Origin: Tubiluchus corallicola
Taxonomy: Eukaryota > Animalia > Priapulida
Direction of reading: 5' to 3'
Assembly (NCBI GenBank): GCA_030141605.1
Contig: JAQGDQ010000030.1
Coordinates: forward strand, 62,001-126,000
Length of the DNA: 64,000 bases
Positions 1-12,400 of this stretch are shown here, in pieces. Position 1 is the first letter of the stretch, and each line of letters opens with the position of its first letter. The notes beneath the pieces were generated by a model. The model had not been told where the DNA came from, did not search any database, and saw only the letters and a program-made list of their open reading frames with translations. The translations under genes and the position numbers were made by a program.

Positions 1-405
1 GTCAAAATAACATAAAATTTTTTTTTTGTTAAGAAAGTTTGTCTTCTGACCTGATTCGACACGTAAATTATGTACAAAAGTAATTGCTCACAATTATATG
101 CTTAATAAATAGAAAATGTGGTATGTTCATAAGTATGTCTTTAAAATATAGTTAGTAGATGGCAACACGATTACTTTCCTTCAGTAGAATAGTTACTAAT
201 GTCATACATGTATGAATTATTGAAGTGCAACTGCTGGCACTGCTTGAATCAAGCATGAAAACATTGGTGTGCTCCAGTATTTTTTCATAGTATTTTATTT
301 GTGTTTTTGAATTTTTCAAATAAACCTCAATTTTTTCATTTTGGTTATTTTTAATACATGAAATACAGCACTAACTAAAACTTGATAGTGAAAAATATGC
401 TTCAG

Positions 406-3400
406 GTTCGTATAGCGAACGTAAAGACCAACAAATCTACAACGCTGTATGGAACAGATTCATATGTGGTTGCTTTGGCTACAAAGTAAGTCAGAAATTG
501 CTTTTTTGAATGAACTAATAATTCACTTTCTGCTGATGGTGTGTGCTTGGCAACCAAAGTTAAGTAACACAGTGTATGCATGGATGACTGCTTGGAAATT
601 TGTTTCTTGTAATCAATAGATTAACTTTAACTGTATCAGTAGATACAGTAAGCGCTGCTTAATAGACACCTGGTTAATAGACTCAGTCGCTTAATAGACT
701 CAAAAATGCCTGAAATGGGCCACTTATGTTCAAATATACATAAAAACTATCAGTAATTGACTCAACATTTTTCCTTCACTTACTTAGAATAAGATATTTG
801 TATGTGCCAAAAGAGCCTTTCCTACTTTTATGTCATCCTTACTTCCCTTTTGTGCACTATGTATGCAGAAAGAATCATATTAAGTACCATTTTTTATAAG
901 CAGATACATTTATCATGCACTAATAGGCTAGGTTAATGGTTTTGCTTTGAATCTGTTACCTGCTCGCCCACTGTTACCCAAAAAATTTCTGGAAGCTAAA
1001 CATTTAATCACTTGCCTAGTGGTTTCCTTTTGATGCCCTCATTGCAAATCATGCTTTCAGGCTTAATGAGTTAACAGTCAAAGATGCAAGTACAGTAATC
1101 AGCCGCTATTCCTTGTGATTTACAAGAGTAAACATCATACAGCAAATAAATTGCAATGTAAGTGAGCAGACGATTAAAAAATCTGTGACTTAGAAAAGTG
1201 TACTTTTTAATTTATTGTTAATTCACTTATATAAATTAATATTTTAAAATATTTTTTCTAATTTTTAACTGTACAAAAGAATTTAGGCATTACTTAGTTT
1301 CTAAAATTCATTAAAAACCTTTGCAGTGCATAGTAAGCTGATGACTCGTACTTTTATACCTTTAATACTACACCCATCAGTTAATAGGTTCAGTCAGTTA
1401 ATTGGGTCAAAACACGTCGGTCCCAAAGTGAGTTTATTAAGCGGCACCTACTGTATCAATTTTTTTACTCGCAGTGTATCTAACAAAGGAATTCTATCCG
1501 GTCATGCCGATGGAACAATTGTGCGCTATTTTTTTGATGATGAAGGAAGCGGTGAAGCCCAGGTATTCTGACAGAGCGACCTTATGACATTGTATTTTCA
1601 CTGTTCTACTTCAGCAGTTGACTAAGATCTGAAGTATCAAGCAAAGTGCAAGCTTTTATAATTTACTTTATTACTAAAACATTTGCTGTGGCAGAAAGAT
1701 ATTCTATTTTACTTCTTGTGTTTTACTTGTATTATAGTGCCAGTTTTTGTCACAAGCCTTTTTTAGTATCTAGTAACAATGAGTAATATTAGTATTTAAG
1801 ACTGCTGCAAACATTGGCAATTTTTTCAGTTTAAAATTTAACGCTTACTTATAGCAAAGTTTTTATAACTCCTCCATTATATTAAATCTCATTTGACTTT
1901 GATGATGTTGCCTAAAAATGCTTGGCACACTACGGTTATGGTAAATCGATAGTGATATGTGTCGTGTGCCGTGATATGTTTTTGATGTGTATATGTTTGC
2001 ATCTAGTTTATTTGCTGCATATGAATTTATAGCATTAAATGTTAATTAATGCAGGGGAAGATAGCAACGCACCCATCACCGCCATATGCGCTTGCTTGGG
2101 CATTGAACTCAGTTATTGCTGCTGGATGTGATAAACGTGTCATTGCTTACAATAAGGAAGGGCGGAACAGTCAACAGTTTGACTATAGTCGTGAGACCGA
2201 CGAGCACGAGTTTACTATTGCAGCAGTCAGCCCCAGTGGTCAGTCGGTGGTTATTGGGAGTTACGATAGGTGAGTGCCCAATTTTAATGCATAAAACACA
2301 CTGCTATTCTAAAAACACAAAAACTTTCTTCGCATTGTCACATGAAAAGGAGATTATGTGGTGAGTTTCGACTCAGTTCATTCAATGCATTAGTAAATAA
2401 ACATTGAGTTGCTTAGTTTGACTAGAAACAAAAACTTGACAATCATTTCTACGGCAATAATCCATATTTAACAAAAAGCAATAAAACTCCCAAAAAATGC
2501 AAAAAATTCTGATCTAGAGCTCCAAAATGAGTTCGCAATCCCTTCAACGTAACAGGTTTTTATTTTGTACATTATAGCTAAAAACTTTTTACAGTAAGCA
2601 CAAAATTAATAATGTTAAAATTAAACGCATGTTGTATGGTTTTGACTTACTTTATAGATCGTATATTTTAAGTGTTTTAATGTAGAAGAGCAGCTGGGGT
2701 ATTTTAAAGTTGACAAAGGAAAAAAATTGTGCAAATGGATTTGTGCCAAAACTAAAACTATCCGTAAATTTGTTGTGTGTCTTCATTTAAAATAGCCTGT
2801 CAAATGTGCTGATGAATTTGAACAGAGGATCTTTTTTCGTGTATTTAGTCGCTCTTCTTTATTAATGGTAAACTTGAGTTCATAGAAAGAACTTCAATTA
2901 TTTTTCTGTAAATTTCAACCAGATTTCGTGTATTCAACTGGAGCCCCAGGAAAGGCAGTTGGGACGAATCAAAACCAAAGGAAATTAAAAATCTTTACAC
3001 AATAACTGCTCTGTCTTGGAAGAGAGACGGATCACGTGTTGTAGCAGTGAGTCACTGTATTTGTTTGCTTTTGATGACCATTTTTATTTCTTTGATTGTT
3101 TCATTCTGAATGTTTGATTTAATAAAATTGGGTTATTCATCCTTGCTAACACAGTAAGGAAATTGATGGTCTTGTGTGGAGAATGATAGCTCATTAAACA
3201 TACAAATTGGCTCTACTCTAAGTGACAATGGCAAATAATAATAAGGAAATTGAGAAAGGTGTGGTTTACCTAGGATAATAAAATTTGTACGTGTATACTT
3301 TCTGCAAAAAAACATCAATTGTGGGAGCTGAAATTTTTCAAAGGCATTAAAATTTTGTTTGTATTTTTGGAGAATGCTGTTTTATAATTTTTGGTTGTAA

Positions 3401-6400
3401 TACAGGCCATTCCAGAACAGGTATTTTTTATTCTTTTCTAGGGGTCATTGTGCGGCGCTGTGGAGCTTTTTGACTGTTCTCTGCGAAGATCCATTTATAA
3501 GAATAAGTTTGAGATTACTTATGTTGGATTGAGTCAGGTGGGTAAATCTTTACTGTTTGCATCACTGTTGCCTATTAGTACATAACAATAAAAAATAAGT
3601 TTTCTCAACATGACAGAAGCATTTGTTTTTATGTTAAATACTTAAAAAACTTTATTAGCCCTGCACATTTATGATTATTGTAACAATTATTTATATTTTT
3701 GTTGAAATTTTTTACAGTGATAGTAAAATCTGTTTATTTTTAGGTGATAGTAAAAAACTTGTCCTCTGGAACCAGAGTGATATTGAAGTCACATTACGGT
3801 TATGAAATTGATACAGTAAAGATATTGGGCAAAGACCGTTATCTTGTGGGGCATACGTCTGATACTTTACTGTTGGGAGATTTGCAGCAAAATAAACTTA
3901 GTGAGGTAATCCAAGATTTTTGCCCAATATAAATATGGCTTTATGTACAATGCAAAATGTGTGCTTTTGATAATTGTGTATTTCAGTGAAACAGTGGAGC
4001 TAATGTAGCATTTTTGAGTGTAATTTACATTTCTTGGAAACTTGCTTGCACATGTGTCCTGTTAGGTGACAGTGAAGCATAGTATTTTATGTTTGCTACT
4101 GAAGTGTTACAGAGACAATTTGGAAATTTTTAGACAGCTAAAAGCCGTTAAGCCAGTTAAAAATCTGATTTATGGCAGGTTTCATTGAATCATATCTCGT
4201 AGTCGACTTGTGTTTATTTCTAAGTTTATCAAAAAATGGTCTCATATCTAGTACTTTTTTAATGCAAACATAGAAATTATGTAACATGGCTGGACAAGTA
4301 TTTAGAGACCTTGTAAAGTAATTATTCAGGATAGCAAAATAGAGTCGTAGCAATATACAGTCTTTGCTTAGTAGCAATAATAGTAAAATACAACCACTGT
4401 TTAGCTGCTGTTTGAGAAGTATGTGTTACAACTTGTTCACTTATTTCTAAAAAAAAGTATAGCTACAACCATTAAATCAGCAGGTGTAATGAATTTTTAA
4501 TGGCAACGCCTAAATGGAACTATGGGAACATATGTGTGGTAACAAAGTTACGATTAAATTATTATGCATAGCAGCCGTTATCAGGTCGTCCGCTAAAAAA
4601 TATAACTCCTGTTTGTTGAAGTCATACTTGACTTTTACTTATTTTAGGTGCCTTGGCACAGTACGGGAGGAAACGAAAAGTTTTATTTTGAAAATGAAAA
4701 CGTAAGTAAAACGAACTGTTATCGAAAAATACATTCTTTTTTATGACGAGACATGCTCTTTGTCGTAAAGTTCTTGTTGTTTTAAATGTATTGGCAACAG
4801 TTTTCATTTGTTTATCCATTTTCGATATATATGTATATATGTACGTAGTTTTGAAATATAGGATGTTACTTTAGAGTTTAGAAAAATTTTATAAATTTGA
4901 CACATAATTAATGTCATATAATTGTACCATACACCACTTTCATTGTAAGGTAGAATTTAAAACTTTAGATAAGGGTCATGAATTTGTAAAACCATTTATT
5001 TTTTTCTGATACCTAACTTGTGATTTGTTTGCTCACATGTTCTATGTTTTTTCTTTCAGGTGTGTATGATATTTAATGCTGGTGAGCTTTCCCTAGTTGA
5101 GTACGGGAGCAATGAAATTCTCGGTTCAGTTCGCACTGAGTTTATGAATCCTCATCTGATCAGGTGGGACATATCTTTGTATACTAGTAATTTACTACCA
5201 AGACAAGCAATCAGTTACGTCTTTGCTAGTTTCACATTCGTGTTTAAGTTTATTAGTTTCACATAATTTACTTACATGTTAGGAAACACTGCATGTGAAA
5301 TTTCAAGTTTTTCAAGAGATAATAACCTTTATAAGATATAATCTGTTATGTAAATGGAAATGCTTTAGAAGCAAGACGTATTTGCATGATACTTACTTTC
5401 CTTGTGGGCTGCCTTATACGTTGTGTTATAAGTTGCCTTGCAACTTGAGCATTCTTGTGGGTTGCTTCATTCGCTGCCACTAAACATCCTCACTGGTTTG
5501 TGCATTTGCTGTTGCCTTCAATAATATATGTATTACTTTTTCTCTGTGCCCTTCTATTGTCCATTTTCAGTGATTGTATCAATAACCACTGGCTTCGTGG
5601 GGTTCTTGATTGGAAAATAGTGGTGTATTCTTGCTGTCGTAATCATTGCCATTTGTGTGTTTTGATTTACTCATTTCAGTGTCCGTATCAATGAACGGCA
5701 ACTACGAGGGCACTCTGAGCGCAAAATGATGGCGTATTTAATGGACTTGAAGACCATCAACATTCAAGATCTAGTTTTTGGTACGACTGTTGCACAAGTG
5801 AACCACGAATCAAAGATTGGCTGGCTGGAGCTGAATGAAACGGGCCGCCATCTATTGTTTAGAGATAAGAAACTTCGAGTAAGCGAAACTAGAAAGATAA
5901 AATAACGTTTGTCATACATTTAGTATTTTATGTGGGCATTTTAATCTCATTTGTGGTGAAAACTTGCAGTCGTGTCTAACTTTAATCCATTCTCCAGAGA
6001 CTTTCTTAACCTTTCTAGCATTTCATATATATTTGAACACCAATAATCATATAATAAGATTTCTTGCAAATCATACAAGATTCTCTGCCCAGTCAATAAG
6101 CAGTTTTAATTTAAAATCTATTTGTATTAAGTACAACTTTCAGCATGCCCTGAATCAACAAGTCTATATAATTTGTTAGCATATGTAGCTGTAACACAAA
6201 TCTTTTCTGAATTTCGTATGCATAGAATGTATAAATTGCCACGATTACTGTGTGTTTTTTGAATATTGATTTTTATCTGTATTAACCTATACTTGTCGCA
6301 CTTTTATATATATATACTTTTTTATGCATTTAATTTATTGTATGTCTGTTGTTTTTTTCATATCTCTGCATGTCTTATACTAACTTTACACTGTATTGTG

Positions 6401-9400
6401 TTTTTTATTGTATACTCTTGGTAAAAATGTACTACATATACGAAATAAATGGTATATACATATAGTACATTTTTACAAAGACAATCCAATAAAAAACATA
6501 GTGCAGTATACAGTTAGCGTAAGACATGTAGAGATATAATATATATGAAATATATGTATACACGCGCGTATGCACGCACACACACACACACTCACACATA
6601 TTTATATAAAATAATTGTTTGAAGTGTTAACATTAACTTCACTGGAGTACTCAGCTAGATGCTGCTGGTACTGATGATGATGATAGCGTTCCCTAAAGTG
6701 TACATGCCGAAAGTACAATGATGAGTTACAATGCCACAATTGTTTTATTTATCTTAACTTATGTAAGATATTGCAATTTATCATCTTATGTTAATTTATA
6801 TGTATATTTTCCAGTTGAATTTGTATGACATTGAAGCTCAGAGTAAGACTAGTGTACTGAATTACTGCGCATACGTTCAATGGGTGCCAGGAAGTGATGT
6901 TGTTGTTGCGCAGAATCGAGGAAATCTCTGCGTCTGGTATAATATTGATGCGCCAGAACGTGTCACAATGTTTCCAATTAAGGTATTGACATAGATTTCT
7001 GCTAACATTTTGACTAACGAACTAATGACTAAAGTTTGTATGGTTTGAAGCTTCGAATGTTTTTTACTGTTCGAAAAATAAAATACTATTCAATCGTTAG
7101 ATGTACACTGTATTGATCACATGCTGATTCTAAGCCGACACTTTCGTCCCGATAAAATCAATTCGCCGTCGTTTCTGCTATATGCGGCAGGAAAAATTTC
7201 ATTCTGTTGTCAATTCACTACCCTGGGTAATTTACTGGAGACATGGTGTACTGCAACATACTTAATGGTCCTTATCACAGCATCAGAGAACTTAGAGCTT
7301 AGCATGCGAACACTTTGAAAAAGTTCATGCAAACATGTGGAATGTTCATTATGCAAAAGCAAATCAAAAGTCATCAAGCTCTATGTTAAATTTTTTATAT
7401 GTTCAGCTCATTTTCAAATTCATAGTTTAGTAATTAACTCTTCAGTTCAGAACAGAACAGATAACAGAACTGTGTGGAAGCATCAGCTGGTCGTTGTGGC
7501 TGAACAGTTAACATAGTTCAGTTCAGTTTTTGCAACGAGTGTGGAAAAAAAACATCACAGATCGAATATTTGATTAACTGAATAATTTTGCCGTCAAACA
7601 TTCGAATAATATTCGAAATTCTACCCCTAGTGTGCATGTTTGCACTAGTAGAAGAAAAGGGAGAGGAAACCTAATGATTTGTGGAACAGCTAAAAATACA
7701 AGAAAGATTTGTGAACTGTTTTTAGCTTTTTGTAGCCATGAAATGCAAAAAATTGCCTGTACTTCAATGAGGTAGGGCTTTTTTATAGGACTACCTTTAT
7801 GTATGTTTTAAGTAGTAAACCACTTAATTTGATAGGACAGTTTTTCATACAGGAAGAACTTTTTATTTACTGTGTTATTTGTTTAGTCTGGTATGCTTTT
7901 GTTCAAAGTTCTTGTGAAAAATGCATTTCATAAAGGCAAATCATTGCAGTAAATGAGATCTGATGATGAAGAATAATGAAAAATGTTTCAAGTTTTGCCA
8001 TTGTTTTCACTGTAGGGTGACATTGTTGACTTAGAAAGGAACAATGGTAAAACTGAAGTATTTGTCAATGAGGGAGTTACCACTATTTCATACACACTCG
8101 ATGAAGGGCTAATTGAATTTGGCACTGCTATTGATGATGGTGACTTTGGCAGGTGACAATTTTGAGCCAATTTTGAGTGAAAAGTTTAAAGAGTAATTGA
8201 ATTGCAATTGTTTAAAGTAAGTAGACTGTATGCCAGAGGTGGTATCATTAATACAAATAACAAGGTTCGGCACATTAGGGTATTAATGAAGTAATGTTTT
8301 GTTTTGTCAACCATGTGCAGCTGCATTGTTGCATTTGCTGTGACTTTTGTAGTGTCCAGCTATTTATCTATTGGCCAGTTTTAGCAATGTCAAGCGCAAG
8401 TACATCTTCACTAACGTTGTTTTTTTTACTGGTATTGTCACACCATCTCCAGATTTTTTTGTCGACTATCACTCTTAGATTGTTTTTTGCTGCCATTGCT
8501 ATTACTAGCTGGTGTCTGCCTATGCAATACAAAACCAAGATCAACATTAGAGTTTTGGTACATAGTGATCATCTAGGGAAGACTTCAAGTTCAAAATCTA
8601 GTAGAAAAACTCCCACTTTCTACATTTGTCATAGTGGTGTAACAACTATTTCTCATTATTATTATATAACAAAGTTTTGGCTGTTACAGGGCATCAGCTT
8701 TTTTGGAAACACTGGAAATGTCTCCAGAAACTGAAGCCATGTGGAAAACTCTTGCTAAGTTATCCTTAGAAGCCAGGCAGCTACACATAGCCGAACGGTC
8801 AGTTTTCATAGTATATAGCCTTAGTATCTATGTGAATGGCATACCTAGCTTGCCTTGCTGAATTTTGCATTCATACTTTAGCTTTAGTGTGAGAATAATT
8901 AATTTTTCTGCCATAAATGTTAAGTTTTAATTTCATGTTGGAATTTCGGTTTTGGTTTTTATTCTTTTGATTACCTAAAAAAGTTGTTTTGTTTTATAGC
9001 TGTTATGCTGCATTAGGTGACGTATCAAAGGCTCGTTACTTACGTGAGACCAATAAAATAGCTGAGTGGGCATCTGTACAGTTTGGAGGGGATGGAAGTG
9101 ACTATTATAAAGTGCGGGCTAAACTCGCTGTATTGGAGAAACATTTTAAACTAGCTGAAGCTATTTATTTGGAACAGGTATCAGTTTCAATTAAGAATTT
9201 ATAGTACAAGTTTGGCTGTTCAGTCTAACCTTGCAATATTTCTGGTCTACATCTAGAGCTTTTTGTTTAATACCTCTCATGCACCACTGCATCACACATT
9301 ATATTGCCGAGACCAGCAAAAAAATTTTCCCAGAGTCACATCCATCCTTACTATGTGGCAGTACTGTATTATGACTATAGAGTAGTTATAAAATGTAGAA

Positions 9401-12400
9401 TTTGAAATCTGAAAGTTTATGGTCTAAAATTATGATAATATTTTAAATGATTTGAATGAACATTTTTACTTTTTCCGAGTCTAAAGTGAATGTGCCCCTG
9501 CTCCTCATTAAAAGGGTTTAATAATTTTTTATATAAAATTATTACAGAATAGCATAGATGAAGCTATTGAAATGTATCAAGAACTTCACATGTGGGACGA
9601 TGCCATTGACGTAGCAGAAGCCAAGGGTCATCCAGAATTGGAAAATCTGCGACGGACTTACAATCAGTGGCTGTTAGATTCTAATCAAGAAGAAAAAGCG
9701 GGAGAGGTATGAGTTTTTGTTTTAAATGTATTTGAAGAGTTACTTCTCTCTTACTAAAATAACTGAAACCTATTAAAAAGGCACTGGCTTATAATGTTTC
9801 TTCAATCTTGTCAAAAGATATCACCACTTTATGTATAATTACCGGCAATGTTAACAGCACAGGTGTTGCAATATGCTAATATTATTCGTATGTTATTGTG
9901 TATGTTTAAAGCTTTTAAATGATATTAGATGATTTTCTAGTTCTTGACACACCAGGCTCACCCATGGAGAAAATAGTAAATAAGTAAGTGAGCAATTTAT
10001 TGTCATTATAGCATAATACATACAATGAAATTTATGTGGTTTTACGTACTGCAGTAGCTTATAGAAACAACAAGGAGATTAACACAAACAATTCCATCAC
10101 TTGTACAGTGACATAAAGAATTAATATTGGAGATTTACTGAAATTTACTGTTGATGGTTCGAATTGCAACAGGATGGAAAGAATTTAAAGTTCATGTGGT
10201 GTTAGCTTTAATTGAGCGGAATCTACGACCAGAGGGGGAGCATTTCAAAATATTTAGTACCTGGATGGAATTCATCTTTCATGATAAGTTGCACTCTCTT
10301 TGCGACTCTAATTTCATACAAATATGCCATGAATTGTCGTTCAACTCCTGTAATTTTAGAGGCGGATTTAACAACTTGATCAAGAGCATTGCGATCTTCC
10401 TGAGTGGTAGCGCCATACCAAACAGTGAGGGATGTTGTTAAGACGCTTTCGAATACTCCCCGATAAAAACTCTCCATCACAGCAGGGGCAATGTTAAATG
10501 ATTTGAGTTGTCTTAAAAAATACAAACGCTGGCGGGCCTTTTTTACATAACAGAGCACATTAGCTTCCCATTTAAGATCATCTGAAATTTCTATTCCCAG
10601 AAATTTGAAATCTTTAACAATTTCTATAGCTGTATTATTTATAAGCACATGTGCTTTTCCATCAGTCTCTTTTGTAAAATCTACAGTAATTTCTTTTGTT
10701 TTTGAAACATTCAGTTCTAAATTATTCTGTTCGCACCTTTGTGTTAAATTTTGAACTTCCTGAAAATAATTAGTCTCGTTGTTACTGCAAATAAGGCCAG
10801 CCAGTGTGGTATCATAAGCGAATTTTACCATCATAGTATTTGGGGAAGATACTTCACAGTCATATGTAAACAACGTGTATAGAATTGGAGACAGGACGCA
10901 CCCTTGAAGAGCTCCTGTATTAATAACCTTAGAAGTTAAAAAAATCGTAGTGTTTCCATTAATTATCTTGACGATCTGTGATTGCCCTGTCAAGAACTCA
11001 AGTACGAAATTACCCAGCCAGTCAGGTATGTTGAGTTCCGTCATTTTATAATACAATTTTAGTGGCAGAATAGTATTGAAAGCTGAACTGAAATCAACGA
11101 AAATGATTCTGGCATAACAATTACGTTTATCAAGGTGTGTTAGTACATCAAGAGCTACATCATGAACAACAAGAGCTACAGCATCATCTGTGGAACGATT
11201 AGCACGATATGCAAATTGAAAGGGGTCCAAAAATGGTGAAACAACAGATTTCAGGAAATGTAAGATCAAACGTTCTAGTGTTCTGCTTAACACTGATGTT
11301 AAAGCCAGAGGTCCATAGTCATTAAGTGTAGTAACTAGGTTTCTCTTTGGCAGGGGAATAATGATAGATTGCTTAAACTATTTAGGGAATTTACAAATGC
11401 TTAAAGACAATTTATAAATACGATTAAAAATATAGGCAAGTTGATCTGAGTAGTATCGCACATGCCGCAGTGTTAAATGATCTGGTCCTGCTGATTTTTT
11501 AACTATCAGTTTGGCAAACTGTCGCCGTACATCGTTTTCTAGTATAACAAGAGAAGGAGTGTTATTGCAAGTTGACCTATTCAAATAATCTAATAATGGT
11601 CCCATTTCTTTAGCAAAACGACTATAAAAATTATTCAGTTTTTCCGGTACGGTTGCATCGTCTAAGTTAATATTTTTTTATTTCGATTTGTAGTTCGTAA
11701 TTTCATTTAGTCCTTGCCAAAGTTCTCGAATGTCATTAGACAAAAATTCTTGCTCCAATTTGTTTTTAAAATCACGTTTGGCAGACTTGATTGATTTCCG
11801 GAGATCATACTTCGCGATTTTGTATTGCTCCTGGTCACCAGATTTATAGGTTATTTGTCTCGCCCGGATTTTAGACGAAATAGAGCCGTTGAGCCACAAA
11901 TTTTTATTTGGATAAAGTACCACCGTCCTAGCTGGGATGCAGATCTCTTCACAAAATTTCATATACTCAACAACAGCATCATTGCATTCGTCGATATACT
12001 CTGAGGAATTTATGAAAATGTTCCAGACTGTACAGTCATAACAGCATTGAAGACGTTCAGTGGCTTCACTGGACCACACTTTAACTGTTCTTCTGACAGG
12101 TTTCTCACGCTAAACTGATGTTTATATTTTGGAACCAGGTGGATCATGTTGTGGTCTGCATCGCCAGGGGTGCACGTTGTAAGGCCTTATAAGCATCCTT
12201 TACTGGTGTATAACAGTGATCTAAAATTTTGTCCTTCCTTGTATGACATTTAATGTGTTGATAATAATTCGGGAGTCTCGTTTTTAAATTTGTGTGATTA
12301 AAATCACCTGTGATAATAGAAATCGATCCTGGATGCGCATTCTCATGCCTTGTTACAAGAGTCGATAATTGGTGGATGGCGGAACCAGCATTAAGTTCCG

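Noticed and set aside
8294-8734. 146-aa ORF on +
   Set aside because: Low-complexity hydrophobic translation of an AT-rich intron. It overlaps an IFT172 exon out of frame and has no motif.
10151-10441. 96-aa + strand ORF
   Set aside because: Antisense shadow of the Rex1/Babar RT.
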